This document shows positions 1 through 10,819 of a stretch of DNA of 64,000 nucleotides, in pieces. The DNA comes from an uncultured delta proteobacterium (GTDB taxonomy: Bacteria; Desulfobacterota; Binatia; DP-6): NCBI GenBank assembly GCA_963815115.1, contig CAWFFN010000005.1, positions 64,001 to 128,000 of the forward strand, given 5' to 3'. The notes beneath the pieces are model-generated. The model saw only the letters and a program-made list of their open reading frames with translations, was not told the DNA's origin and did not search any database. The translations under genes were made by a program, and so were the position numbers. Position 1 is the first letter of the stretch, and each line of letters begins with the position of its first letter.

Positions 1-247
1 GCTGGCGTCGGTCGCCCGCACCCACCGTGCGGTGATTGTCGACGAAGGCTGGCGCACGGGAAGTCTCGCAGCCGAGGTGAGCGCGCAGATCCAGGAGGGG
101 GCGTTCTACGAGCTCGACGGACCGGTGGCGCGGGTGTGCAGCGCCGAGGTGCCCATGCCCTATCCCAAGCATCTGGAGGATGCGGCGCTGCCGCAAGTGG
201 AGACCATCGTCGCGACGGTGGGGCGGATGCTGGAGCGCCATGGCTGA
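1..247 (+). CDS. pdhB: Pyruvate/2-oxoacid dehydrogenase E1 beta subunit, C-terminal part (5'-truncated by window)
   Basis: Transketolase C-terminal motifs [15 protein letters not shown] and [23 protein letters not shown]; directly upstream of E2. Confidence 0.9.
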   Translation, partial: LASVARTHRAVIVDEGWRTGSLAAEVSAQIQEGAFYELDGPVARVCSAEVPMPYPKHLEDAALPQVETIVATVGRMLERHG

Positions 248-1403
248 CTTCGTAATGCCGATTCTCGGCTCCGACATGGAGGCCGGCACGCTCGTCGCCT
301 GGCGCAAGCAGCCGGGCGACCGGCTCGAGCGCGGCGACATCATCGCCGAGGTCGAGACGGAGAAGGGCTTGATCGAGGTCGAGGTGTTCACGAGCGGCAC
401 GCTCGATCGTCTGGTCGTCCAGCCGGGCGCCAAAGTCCCGGTGGGCACCGTCCTGGCGACGATTCGGGAGGACGCCGGCGCGGCGGCGGCCGCCCCGCCG
501 GGCCCCGCCGCGCCGTCCGCGCCGCTGCCGCCGCAGCCTGCCGTCCCGCCCGCCGCCGTACCGCCGCCAGCCGGTGCGGCGCCCGCGGCTCGGGCACGCC
601 TCCGCATTTCGCCCGCGGCACGCGCCCGCGCGGCCGAGCTCGGCATCGACCCCGCCACCGTCGCTGGCACCGGCCCGGACGGCGCGATCACGCTGCAGGA
701 CGTCGACCGAGCAGGCCAGCCGGCGGCCCCCGCCGACCGTCACGCCCGCATGCGCCAGGCGATCGCTGCAGCGATGGTGCGCTCGAAGCGGGAGATCCCG
801 CACTTCTACCTTGAGTCCACGATCGACCTCGAGCCCGCGCTCGGTTGGTTGGAGGCGGAAAACGCGCGGCGGCCCGTCACCGAACGGTTCCTGGCCGGGG
901 TCCTCTTCTTGAAGGCAGTGGCCCTCGCGCTGCGCGAGGTGCCCGAGCTGAACGCTCGCTGGGAAGACGGCCGCGCGGCGCCGAATGCGGCCGTCCACCT
1001 GGGCACGGCGACCGCGCTCCGCGGTGGAGGGTTGGTGGCACCGGCGCTGCACGACGCCGATCGCCGCAGCCTCGCCGAGCTCATGCGCGCCTTCCGCGAC
1101 GTCGTGCAGCGCGCCCGCGCCGGCACGCTGCGCAGCTCGGAGCTGTCCGACCCGACGATCACCGTGACGAGCCTGGGCGAGCAGGGGGCCGAGTCGCTCT
1201 TCCCCGTGATCTACCCGCCGCAGGTGGCGATCGTCGGGTTCGGCCGGATCGTGCGGCGGCCGTGGGTGGTCGACGACGCGCTCGTCGCGCGGCGGGTGGT
1301 CGGTGCGACACTTGCCGCGGACCACCGCGTGACCGACGGCCATCGCGCAGGACGTTTCCTCATCGCGCTCGAGCAACTGCTGCGGGAGCCCGAACGCCTG
1401 TGA
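240..1403 (+). CDS. pdhC: Dihydrolipoamide acetyltransferase (E2)
   Basis: Lipoyl domain (VETEKG), Pro/Ala linker, E3-binding domain (ISPAAR...GTGPDGAIT), catalytic DHRVTDG; ATG at 240. Confidence 0.93.
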   Translation: MADFVMPILGSDMEAGTLVAWRKQPGDRLERGDIIAEVETEKGLIEVEVFTSGTLDRLVVQPGAKVPVGTVLATIREDAGAAAAAPPGPAAPSAPLPPQPAVPPAAVPPPAGAAPAARARLRISPAARARAAELGIDPATVAGTGPDGAITLQDVDRAGQPAAPADRHARMRQAIAAAMVRSKREIPHFYLESTIDLEPALGWLEAENARRPVTERFLAGVLFLKAVALALREVPELNARWEDGRAAPNAAVHLGTATALRGGGLVAPALHDADRRSLAELMRAFRDVVQRARAGTLRSSELSDPTITVTSLGEQGAESLFPVIYPPQVAIVGFGRIVRRPWVVDDALVARRVVGATLAADHRVTDGHRAGRFLIALEQLLREPERL

Positions 1404-1648
1404 CCCGCGACGAGATCCGCGCCACCGTGCTCGGCGTGCTCGGCGACATTGCGCCCGAGGCCGATCTCGCCGCGCTCCGGCCGGACCGGGAGCTGCGCGA
1501 CGAGCTCGACCTCGACTCGATGGACATCCTGAACGCCGTGATTGCGCTGCACCGGGCGCTCGGCATCGACGTCCCCGAAGCCGACTACGGGCGCCTCGCC
1601 ACGCTCAACGGCGCGGTCGAGTATCTCGCCGGCAGACTGGGCACGTAG
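1400..1648 (+). CDS. Acyl carrier protein
   Basis: 82 aa acidic protein with DLDSMD phosphopantetheine motif; GTG overlaps pdhC stop. Confidence 0.88.
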   Translation: MTRDEIRATVLGVLGDIAPEADLAALRPDRELRDELDLDSMDILNAVIALHRALGIDVPEADYGRLATLNGAVEYLAGRLGT

Positions 1649-1650
1649 AC

Positions 1651-1673
1651 CCCGCGGGGGCCGCGGCGTTTTT
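1651..1673 (+). terminator. Possible intrinsic terminator
   Basis: CCGCGG-GGG-CCGCGG stem followed by CGTTTTT just after the ACP stop. Confidence 0.35.
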
Positions 1674-1675
1674 GA

Positions 1676-2072
1676 TCAGGGCGCGGTGTCCTCGAGCGTC
1701 TCGCGCAGCTGCTGCTCGAGCTGCTCGAGACGCTGCTCGAGCTCCCCGACGCGCTTGGCGAGCTTCGGGAGCTCCTCGACCACGCTGCGGGCCAAACCCT
1801 TGCGGGCGGTATCGGCCACCCGTGCGAGCTGCTTCTCGAACGACTCGACGAGGCGGCGCCCCCGGGTCTCGAGGTCCTTGATCGAGCGGTCCGCACGGCT
1901 TCCGAGCTCGTCGCGCAGCTTGCGCACATCCGCCTCGACCTCGGCGCGCGTCCGGCGTGCGAAGGTCTGGGTATCGCGGCGGATCCGTCCTATGAACCGT
2001 TCGCCCTCCGCGCGGAGCCGCTTCACGGACTCGCGGACCTCTGTCAGCGAGCCACCGACGCTCTCGTGCCAT
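1676..2072 (-). CDS. Coiled-coil hypothetical protein (phasin/PHA-granule-associated-like), frameshift near start
   Basis: GGGAGGG RBS and ATG at 2072 (MARE...), body in another frame: amphipathic helices ending LAKRVGELEQRLEQLE. Confidence 0.5.
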
Positions 2073-2109
2073 ACGATTCCCTCCCTTGATGGTTCCACCA
2101 GCGCCCCGA

Positions 2110-2768
2110 GCGTCGGGTCGCCGGCATCGGCGAACTCCGTAGCGTGCCCGCACCACCGGCGTGGCGATCGACGGGAGACGGCGATGTCCGTCGCGGCGTG
2201 CCGCGAGGACGACGTCAGCGCCCGCGCGCTCGATCGTCGAGCGCAGCGCGTCGAGCAGAGCCGGCGAGTGGCCGACCGCAGGCAGCACCGGCCCGATGTG
2301 CGGATGGTGGGCGTACACCTCAGCGATGGCCGGCGCCCCACGGCATGCCGCCGTGCGTGATGGTGGGCCCGTCCTCGATCACGAGCAGGCGCCTGCCGCA
2401 CGATGGCTGGGTAATCGACGCCGGCGAATAGCACGCTATCGACCGCGAGGTGCGGCTCGAACTCCTTGCGCTCCCTCCACCCTGCAGCGTGCGGCGTCTA
2501 GGTCCGCGAGCCGTGCGAAGCGCTGCACTCGCTGCTGCGCGAGGTTGCCGTTACGGCATCGGATGCCGGAGGAGCGCCACGTGCCGTCCGGATAGCGCGC
2601 GGCGGCCAGTGCGGCCGGGAATCGCCGCCCGCTCACACCCGGGATCTGGGTTGCCGTGGACGCAACCACGGTGGCGTCGGGATCCCCCCGGTAGCGTACG
2701 ATGAAATCGTGGAAGTCGCGCCCTGCGGCGCCCAGGATGATGATACGTCGTGCCCGAGCAGTTCCCAT
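2110..2768 (-). pseudogene. Remnant of COG2403 GTPase / cyclic 2,3-diphosphoglycerate synthetase-like gene
   Basis: N-terminal RIIILGAAGRDFHDF...TATQIPG..GRRFP, middle FAGVDY and C-terminal PHIGPVLPAVG...TIERAGADVV fragments in different frames with large deletions. Confidence 0.7.
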
Positions 2769-2929
2769 GCCGATTTTCGGAGCCTCAGCGTCGGTCATTC
2801 CCAATCATGCGAAAAACGAGCTCTCCAATTCTCTTCCGATCCCCCCACGAACATGCTCGTACGGGCCGGCCGGCATTGATTCCAGCTTCCTTCGCTGGCG
2901 GGCAAGCGATCGGAAGTGCGTCGAAGGAT

Positions 2930-2945
2930 CGGCACGTCAACTGCT
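2930..2945 (+). promoter_or_regulatory. Sigma54-like promoter
   Basis: CGGCAC-GTCAA-CTGCT, correct -24/-12 spacing, about 35 nt before ATG 2979. Confidence 0.55.
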
Positions 2946-2978
2946 AAGCATTCGGGAAACGTGCACGCGGGGGTGTCG

Positions 2979-3533
2979 ATGCCAAAGTCCACGACGAACA
3001 GGCCCCTCGAAAAGGGGGGCGTTCAGAAGGGAAAGGGGCTCATCCGGAGCGTCAACCGGCAGGGCACCCGCGACGAGAAGGTCCATCCAGGTGAAGCGCG
3101 CCGTGGGCGCCTGCGCGAGCCCAGTGCGTGCGAGCACTGCGGCGCGATCTTCAGGCGACGCACGTGGCGGCGAGATCACCGTGTCACGCTCGCGATGCTC
3201 GATCGCGCCGACTGGAGGGTGTGTCCCGCCTGCGAGCAGATCAGGAACACGGAGGGGCAGGGACGCATCCTCGTCTCCGGACAGTTCGCGGTGGCGCACG
3301 AACCCGAGATCCGCGCGCGCATCCGCAACGTGGCGGCCCGCGCGGCCTTCACGCAGCCGCAGCGACGCGTGGTGTCGGTGGAGCGGCAAGGGAACATCCT
3401 CGAGGTGCTCACCACGTCGCAGAAGCTGGCACACCGCATCGTGCACGAGCTGAGGAAGGTCTTCCGCGGCAGCACGGCTTACCAGTGGTCGGATGATGGG
3501 ACGCTGCTCGCGACCTGGCGGCGCGAGCGCTGA
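2979..3533 (+). CDS. BCAM0308-family protein
   Basis: CEHCGAIF...W, CPACEQI, LEVLTTSQKLAHRI...YQWSDD pattern. Confidence 0.8.
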   Translation: MPKSTTNRPLEKGGVQKGKGLIRSVNRQGTRDEKVHPGEARRGRLREPSACEHCGAIFRRRTWRRDHRVTLAMLDRADWRVCPACEQIRNTEGQGRILVSGQFAVAHEPEIRARIRNVAARAAFTQPQRRVVSVERQGNILEVLTTSQKLAHRIVHELRKVFRGSTAYQWSDDGTLLATWRRER

Positions 3534-3555
3534 ACCGGATCGAAGGAGGCACGCC

Positions 3556-4701
3556 ATGAAGGTCACCTTGTCCGTGATCAAGGCCGATGTGGGATCGGTC
3601 GGCGGACATACCAGGCCGTCGGAACGCATGCTGGGCTGCTCCCGCAGCCGGGTGCGGGACGCCGTCGAGAGGAAGCTATTGCTGGATGGCATGGTCACGC
3701 ATACCGGCGATGACATCGCGCTCGTCATGAGCCACACGCGTGGTGTGGGTGCGCCCGACGTCCACCGCTTCGCCTGGGATACCTTCCTCGCCGCGACCGA
3801 GGAGGCGCGCACAGCCGGCCTCTACGGCGCCGGCCAGGACTTGCTGGTGGACGCACCGTCGGGGAACATCCGCGGTGCGGGGCCTGCCGTGGCGGAGATC
3901 GAGTTCGAACGCGATCCGCGCAGCAAGGACCGACCGGCTGAGCCCTTCTTGCTCTTCGCGGGCGACAAGTGCAGCCCGGGCGCCTACACCTATCCCCTGT
4001 ACTCGGTGTTTTGTGACCCGATGCACAACGGCGGACTGCTGCTGTCACCGAAGATCCACAAGGGGTTCACACTCACCATCATCGACATGGACCACGCGGG
4101 CGCCGGTGGGGACCAGATCATTCGCCTCGATGTGCCCGAGCGAGTCTGGGATGTGGCCTGCCTGCTCCAGAACCCCGATCGGTTCGCCATTGAAGCCATC
4201 CACTCGCGGCACAAGCCGGACGAGCAGGTGGTATCGGTGTCCGCGACGCGCCTCCACAACATCGCCGGCACCTACACCGGCAAGGACGACCCCGTTGCCA
4301 TCGTGCGGACGCAGGGCATCTTCCCAGCGCCCGAGGAGGTGGTGGAGCCCTACACGCTGGGTCACTTCGTCACCGGCGATTGCCGCGGGTCGCACGTGAT
4401 GCCGATCATGCCGGTCCCGATCAACACCGCCGTGTCCGGCCCCTATTGCCTGCCGCTCATCTCCTGTGTCGCGTGCTCCATGGATGCGGCGGGTCGTTTC
4501 ACCGATGAGTGGCTCGACGTCTTCGGCAACATGGTCTGGGACGCAACCCGGCTGAAGGTCCAGCAGAAGGCCGACGAGTGGCGGCGGCAGGGGTTCATCG
4601 GTCCGACGATGGCGTCGCACGCCGAGCTCGCCTACACGGGCATCATGGACACCTTGAAGACGCTGGAACAGGAGTTCACATCGCGGCCCGAGTCACGCTG
4701 A
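3556..4701 (+). CDS. fbp: Fructose-1,6-bisphosphate aldolase/phosphatase (class V FBPase)
   Basis: MKVTLSVIKADVGSVGGH, GDDIAL, GLYGAGQDLL, SGNIRG.GP, RLHNIAGTYTGKDDP; AAGGAGG RBS. Confidence 0.93.
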   Translation: MKVTLSVIKADVGSVGGHTRPSERMLGCSRSRVRDAVERKLLLDGMVTHTGDDIALVMSHTRGVGAPDVHRFAWDTFLAATEEARTAGLYGAGQDLLVDAPSGNIRGAGPAVAEIEFERDPRSKDRPAEPFLLFAGDKCSPGAYTYPLYSVFCDPMHNGGLLLSPKIHKGFTLTIIDMDHAGAGGDQIIRLDVPERVWDVACLLQNPDRFAIEAIHSRHKPDEQVVSVSATRLHNIAGTYTGKDDPVAIVRTQGIFPAPEEVVEPYTLGHFVTGDCRGSHVMPIMPVPINTAVSGPYCLPLISCVACSMDAAGRFTDEWLDVFGNMVWDATRLKVQQKADEWRRQGFIGPTMASHAELAYTGIMDTLKTLEQEFTSRPESR

Positions 4702-4838
4702 ACGTGGAAGGCGGCCAAGATGCGGCTACTGGGCGAGCCCGCAACCTCTGCGAGGGCGTGGTCGCCGCGAGGGCGTGGTCGCCGCACTCCGGATGTACCT
4801 GGCGCACCCGCTGGCGGCGCGAGGAACGGACGAACGAG

Positions 4839-5093
4839 ATGCTGCGCCTGGCACGGTGGCGACTCGGTGTGCTCGCGACGCTGTGCGCCTGCGGCAGCCC
4901 GATCCCGATGCCGAAGGTGCCCGTCGCGCAGACGGATGCGGGTCGGCAACGTGTCCAAAACTGCCAGGCGCTCTACAATGCGTGCGTGGTCGGGGCGATC
5001 GGGGCGGTAGGGGGCTTGGCCACGCCGAGCCGGGCGGAGTCCACGGCCTGTCGTGAGCAGCTCGGCGCGTGTTATGGGACGTGCCCGCCGTGA
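4839..5093 (+). CDS. Small Cys-rich putative lipoprotein
   Basis: Basic N-terminus, hydrophobic stretch, LCAC lipobox-like motif, CxxxYxxC and CxxxxxxCxxxC. Confidence 0.55.
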   Translation: MLRLARWRLGVLATLCACGSPIPMPKVPVAQTDAGRQRVQNCQALYNACVVGAIGAVGGLATPSRAESTACREQLGACYGTCPP

Positions 5094-5399
5094 CGCCGCC
5101 GACCTATCCGCCGTTCCTGGCTCCTCGCGTGCCTGAGCACTACCCGTCCGCTGGGCGTCGCCCAGCGCCTGAAACCATCCGCCGCCAACCGGCAGCGCAA
5201 CCTACCCGCCTCTGGCGAGCATGGCGCACGGACTGCCTCCACTGCAAGCACAACCCATCACGCCGCGCTCACGGTCCTCGACTGCCTGCCCCCCGGGGGG
5301 TCCCGCCTCGACCACCTCGAAGCTATAGGCAACCCTGACCACTCGCGACAACGCGCCGCGCTCGCGCGTTACCGGCCGCCAGCCCGGGTGCGCCTGCGC

Positions 5400-5823
5400 G
5401 CCGCACGCGCAGCGTGAGCACCGGCACGGGGGCGTGACGGACCCCACCTTCTCCGCGACGCTGCCAATGAGGAAATGCGTGAGCCCTGTGCGGCCGGAGG
5501 TGGCCATGACGATGCTGTCGTGACCTCGGGCGGCGTCGAGGATCCCCTGGGCCGCGTAGCCGAGTTCGACGCGCACCGTGGCCGGTGGCTCATCGCCGCC
5601 CAAGCGTCTTCCTGAGCAGCCGCTCGAGATGTGCGCGTTGGTGAGGGATGAGATCTTCTCAGCGACATCCCGAATGGAACGTCGGCAGGCAGGTAGGACA
5701 ACACGAGGACGTGCAGCACCGTCAGTTTACCGCCGTGCTGTTTGGCGAGCCGCGCCGCTGTCCTCAATGCGACGGTGGCCGGCTCGGAGAAGTCGTGCGG
5801 GACCAGGATGTGCTTAAAGACAT
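5400..5823 (-). pseudogene. Universal stress protein, frameshifted
   Basis: FKHILVPHDFSE...LTVLHV and IVMATSGRTGLTHFLIGSVAEKV lie in different frames. Confidence 0.8.
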
Positions 5824-6092
5824 CGCGGAGGTCGCCATCGGTGAGGACATGCCGGAGCGCCTCGGATCGTCTCATCGGCGTTCGGGGCACGGTCGGCCGC
5901 CTGAGGTCGAGCGGAACGGTCAGTGTGATCGCTATTTGTCGCAAGGCTCAAACGCCGGATGACGGACCCCGGCAAACTGTTCTTGGTGTCGTGCCTGCGA
6001 GCCGCTCACGTTGGCTGGCCACATGGCCCCCTCAAGCCCGCCGATGATCCAGCCGCACGTGCCCCTCGGGCGGCGGCCCGCTCTCCTCCAGG

Positions 6093-6108
6093 CGGCACAC
6101 GATATGCA
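6093..6108 (+). promoter_or_regulatory. Sigma54-like promoter of ppsA
   Basis: CGGCAC-ACGAT-ATGCA upstream of ATG 6130. Confidence 0.55.
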
Positions 6109-6129
6109 AAGTCCCGCATGACGCGAGAT

Positions 6130-8534
6130 ATGGAGGCTCCGCTGATCCGCTGGTTCGCCGAGATCGGGATCGACGATGTCGCGCAGGTCGGCGGCAAGAA
6201 TGCCTCTCTCGGTGAGCTCTACCGCCAGCTTGTGCCGAAGGGCGTGAAGGTACCGGATGGATTCGCGGTGACCGCAGCCGGCTACCGGCTCTTCCTGACT
6301 CGGCCGGGCTGGCGCCGTTGATCGAGCGGACGCTCGCCGATCTCGACACGCGCGACGTCGAGGGTCTCCAGCAGCGCGGGCGGCGGGTGCGACATGCGAT
6401 TTTGGCAGCGAGCCTGCCGGCGGAGCTCGAGCGGGCCATCACGGCGGCGTACGACCGCCTGGGCGGCCGGAGCACGGAGATGATCGACGTCGCCGTGCGG
6501 AGCAGCGCCACCGCGGAGGACCTGCCGGAAGCGAGCTTCGCCGGTCAGCAGGAGACGTACCTGAACGTGCACGGCCACGCCGCGTTGCTCGAGAGCTGCA
6601 AGCGCTGCTTCGCGTCGCTCTTTACCGACCGCGCCATCTCCTATCGCGCCGAGCGTGGCTTCGGCCATGACGCGATCGCTCTCTCCATCGGAGTGCAGCG
6701 CATGGTGCGCTCCGATCTCGGCGCCTCGGGAGTCATGTTCTCGATCGATACCGAGACAGGCTTTCGTGACGCCGTTCTGATCAACGCCTCCTACGGGCTC
6801 GGCGAGAACGTCGTGCAGGGCTCGATCACGCCCGACGAGTACTACGTTTTCAAGCCGACGCTCGCGCAGGGTTTCCGTCCGATCCTTCGCAAGCGCGTCG
6901 GCACCAAGGAGTTCAAGCTCGTATACGACGTGGGGGGGACGAAGGGCGTCAAGAACGTCCCCGTTCCGGTGGCCGACCGCATCCGTTTCGCCATCGATGA
7001 CGACGACATCCTGATGCTCGCTCGCTGGGCCTGCCTCATCGAGGAGCACTACAGCGCCCGACGCGGCCGGCCGACGCCGATGGACATGGAGTGGGCGAAG
7101 GACGGGCACACGGGCGAGCTCTTCATCGTGCAGGCGCGGCCCGAGACGGTGCAGTCGCTCAAGGGACGGGATGTGCTCGAGACGTACCGCCTTACCGAGA
7201 CGGGGCGCCTGCTTGCCACGGGCCAGAGCGTCGGCGAGAAGATCGGCCAGGGGCGGGCGCACGCGATCCGGGACGTGCAGTCCCTGCACGAGTTCCGCGA
7301 CGGCGAGGTGCTGGTCACGGACAAGACGGACCCGGACTGGGAGCCGGTGCTCAAGCGGGCGGCCGCGGTGGTGACGAACCGCGGCGGACGCACCTGCCAT
7401 GCCGCGATCGTGAGCCGCGAGCTGGGCATTCCCGCCGTCGTGGGGACCGAGAACGGGACCGAGGCGATCCAGACCGGCCAGGATGTGACCGTGTCCTGCG
7501 CCGAAGGCTCCACGGGCTTCGTCTACGACGGTCGGCTCGCCTTCGATGTCGAGCGCGCGGAGCTTTCAGTCCTGCCTCGCCCGCGGACGAAGGTCATGAT
7601 GAACGTCGGCAATCCCGACGAGGCGTTCGCGCTGTCGTTCATCCCCAATGACGGGGTCGGGCTCGCGCGCGAGGAGTTCATCATCACATCGTCGATCAAG
7701 ATCCATCCGCTTGCCCTCGTGGACTACGAGCACCTGGACGACGCCAGCGCCAAGGCGGAGATCGATCGCCTCACAGGGGCGTATGCGGACAAGCCGCAGT
7801 TCTTCGTCGACAAGCTGGCCGAAGGGGTTGCGATGATCGCGGCGGCTTTCTATCCGAAGGATGTCGTCGTGCGACTCTCCGACTTCAAGACGAACGAGTA
7901 CGCGAACCTCATCGGCGGCCGGCACTACGAGCCCGTCGAGGAGAATCCGATGCTGGGTTTCCGCGGCGCATCCCGCTACTATGACCCGCGCTACAGCGCG
8001 GGCTTCGCCCTCGAGTGCCGGGCCATGAAGAAGGCGCGGGACGAGATGGGGCTCACCAACGTGAAGCTCATGGTTCCCTTCTGCCGGACGATCGAGGAGG
8101 CGCAGCGGGTCCACGCCGAGCTCGAGCGAAACGGCCTCCGCCGGGGCGAGCACGGTCTCGAGGTCTACGTGATGTGCGAGATACCGAGTAACGTCATCCG
8201 CGCAACGGCCTTCGCCGAGGTCTTTGATGGCTTCTCGATCGGCTCGAACGACCTCACACAGCTGATCCTTGGCGTGGATCGCGATTCCCAGATCGTCGCC
8301 CACATCTTCGACGAGCGCGATCCGGCGGTGAAGGCGATGATCGCGGATGTCATCCGGGAGGCGAAGGCGAGGGGGCGGAAGATCGGGATATGCGGTCAGG
8401 CGCCGAGCGACTATCCCGAGTTCGCGGCGTTCCTGGTGGAGCAGGGCATCGACAGCATCTCGCTCAATCCCGACGCCGTGCTGAAGGCGACGGTAGGGAT
8501 CCTCGAAACTGAACGGACGCTCGGTTCAAGGTGA
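6130..8534 (+). CDS. ppsA: Phosphoenolpyruvate synthase (one frameshift near 6300)
   Basis: VGGKNASLGE, AVRSSATAEDLPEASFAGQQ, GGRTCHAAIVSRE phospho-His, FSIGSNDLTQ, GICGQAPSD. Confidence 0.93.
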
Positions 8535-8799
8535 CGGCCAGCCGGTTGTGACGAGATCGCGCCACTCGTGCATGCAGGCGAGGATCGTGCCCGTGCCTGT
8601 GCACCGGCGTGGTGGACTTCGTCCTCGGCGATGCGAGCGCCAAGGTCAGTGAGGAGCTAGCACGAGGCGCGGACGGCGACGGCGAGCTCTTCTGGATTGA
8701 GCCGTGTCGGACCGCCGCGGCGCCAGCGGAGGCCGTTCGGCCAGGTTCGCCGCTGGCCCATCCACGCGAGCTTGCGCAGCGCGCTGACGCTGGCGTCGA

Positions 8800-10791
8800 T
8801 CAGGGCCGACCGTAGGGCGCGAAGGGGTGAGCGCGCGGAAAGCCGCGGGCCTCGGCGTCGGTGACCGGCCGCACCGCTCGCGTCTCGTCGAGCCAGATCC
8901 ACTCGTCGAACTGGTACGGCAGAGCGGCGTGGAAATAGTGGCTCTGCAGTTCCGTCTCGGGGCGGTAGACGACGCCGATGGCACGCTCCAGCCGCGGCGG
9001 GGCGAGCTCGTCACGAACCTCGGGGCGCGCGGGATCGCGGAGCGGCAGGAAGAAGGCCGGGACCTCCGCGTCGTGGCACAGGCGTTCGTAGCTCTCGGGG
9101 TGCGATGGACGGACCGGCATGACGTGCATCGGCCCGTCCCAGTCGTGCGCGGCGGCGACGGTGCCGTGGTCGGTGCCGAAGCCGACGAGGTATGCGCGAT
9201 CGCCGAACGCCTGCCGGCAGAGGTGGCCGACGTTCAGCTCGCCCCGCACGCCCATCTCGGTGGCCGCCGCATCGCCGAGGTGGGAGTTGTGCTCCCAGAG
9301 GACAGCCTTGGCATCCGGGCCGTGGAAGCGCAGCAGCCCCTCGAGCGTCTCGAACATGTGCCCGTCGCGGAGGTTCCAGGAGGCGCTCCCGCCATAGTAC
9401 ATGGTGCGGTAGTAGGCCTCGGCGTTCGCGACCACCCGCGCGTTGCCGACCGCGTCGAGGAAGTGCTCGCCATCGCGGGCGGCGTAGTCGATCTCGCGCG
9501 CCAGCATGTCGCGCAGCATGGCCACCACCTCGTCCTCGCAGGCGCGGTAGCGGCCGGTCACGACGGCCCGTCCGTAGGTCGCCGGATCGCCTTCCCACGG
9601 CATCAGCGCGCCGTAGCGCTCGCGGGCCACGCGGGCGGCGGTGGGATCGACGCGGTCGAGGTAGTCGAGCACGAGCCGGATCGAGCGATAGAGGCTGTAG
9701 AGGTCGAGGCCGTAGAATCCTATCGGCGCGTGCGTCGCGTTCCAGTCGCGCAGCCACTCGACGAAGGCGAGCACCTCGTGGTTGCGCCACATCCATTGCG
9801 GAAAGCGCGCGAAGGCCCGCCATTCCGGGACAGGCGCTCCGGGAAGCCCCCTCACGTAGCGCTGGATGCGAGCCGCATCCGGCCAGTCCGCCTCGGCTGC
9901 GACGATCGTGAAGCCGCGCGTGCGGACGAGGGCCTTGGTGATGTGGGCGCGGAGCGCGTAGAACTCGGAGGTGCCGTGCGTCGCCTCGCCCAGGCAGACG
10001 ACGCGGGCATCGCCGATGCGCTCGAGGAGCGCCCCGACGTCGACCTCGCCGGCGTCGCCGGCGATCGGCTCGGCCACCTCGTGGAGCAGGCGGGCGACGG
10101 TCGCCGGGGCGCTCGCTCTCCGCGGGCGGCCGGTCCACGCCTCCTCGTCCCATCCCTGCGCCCCGATCAGTGGAACGAATCGGACGTCGCCGAGATCCTC
10201 GCGCCGGAAGCTGCCGTCCGCCTGCCGCGTCACCCGGACGAGGGTCTGGAGGCTGCGGTCCTCCCCGATCGGGATCACGAGTCGGCCCCCGACGGCGAGT
10301 TGCCCGAGGAGCGCATCTGGGATGTCCGGTCCGCCCGCAGTGACGACGATGGCGTCGTACGGGGCGTGCGCGTCCCAGCCGAGCGTGCCGTCGCCGTGCA
10401 GAACGTGGACGTTGTCGAAGCCGAGCTCCCGCAGACGGGCCGCGGCTCTATCGGCCAGCTCGGCGTGGCGCTCGATGGTGTAGACCTCACGTGCGATGCG
10501 GCCGAGGATCGCGGCGGCGTAGCCCGAGCCCGTGCCTATCTCCAGCACCCGGTCGTTGGGTCCGAGCGCAAGGGCGGCAGTCATCAGCGCGACGATGTAG
10601 GGTTGAGAGATCGTCTGCCCGTGGGCGATCGGGAGCGGGGAGTCCTCGTAGGCGAACTCCGCGAGCTCGGACGGGAGGAACGCCTCGCGAGGGACCGATC
10701 GCATGGCCTCGAGGACGGCTGGGTCCCGGATGCCGCGAGCGGCGATGTGCCTGCGGACCATGTCGTCGCGTGCCGCGCGGAGATCGGACAT
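8800..10791 (-). CDS. pcm: Protein-L-isoaspartate O-methyltransferase fused to erythromycin-esterase-family domain
   Basis: GQTISQPYIVA, VLEIGTGSGY, VRFVPLIG followed by LGEATHGTSEFY, EADWPDA, WNLRD.HM, HNSHLGDA, ERAIGVVYRP. Confidence 0.9.
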   Translation of the reverse strand: MSDLRAARDDMVRRHIAARGIRDPAVLEAMRSVPREAFLPSELAEFAYEDSPLPIAHGQTISQPYIVALMTAALALGPNDRVLEIGTGSGYAAAILGRIAREVYTIERHAELADRAAARLRELGFDNVHVLHGDGTLGWDAHAPYDAIVVTAGGPDIPDALLGQLAVGGRLVIPIGEDRSLQTLVRVTRQADGSFRREDLGDVRFVPLIGAQGWDEEAWTGRPRRASAPATVARLLHEVAEPIAGDAGEVDVGALLERIGDARVVCLGEATHGTSEFYALRAHITKALVRTRGFTIVAAEADWPDAARIQRYVRGLPGAPVPEWRAFARFPQWMWRNHEVLAFVEWLRDWNATHAPIGFYGLDLYSLYRSIRLVLDYLDRVDPTAARVARERYGALMPWEGDPATYGRAVVTGRYRACEDEVVAMLRDMLAREIDYAARDGEHFLDAVGNARVVANAEAYYRTMYYGGSASWNLRDGHMFETLEGLLRFHGPDAKAVLWEHNSHLGDAAATEMGVRGELNVGHLCRQAFGDRAYLVGFGTDHGTVAAAHDWDGPMHVMPVRPSHPESYERLCHDAEVPAFFLPLRDPARPEVRDELAPPRLERAIGVVYRPETELQSHYFHAALPYQFDEWIWLDETRAVRPVTDAEARGFPRAHPFAPYGRP

Positions 10792-10803
10792 GTGGAAAGG
10801 CAA

Positions 10804-10819
10804 TGCAGGGGGCGTGCCA
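10804..10819 (-). promoter_or_regulatory. Sigma54-like promoter of pcm fusion
   Basis: TGGCAC-GCCCC-CTGCA, ending 13 nt before ATG (leaderless-type spacing). Confidence 0.65.

Noticed and set aside
5936-5952. FNR-like box TTGTC...CTCAA between usp and ppsA
   Set aside because: Spacing is N6 rather than N4 and the half-sites are poor
8800-10100. Macrolide resistance gene (ere)
   Set aside because: Ere-family domain fused to Pcm in a stress cluster; family membership alone does not support resistance
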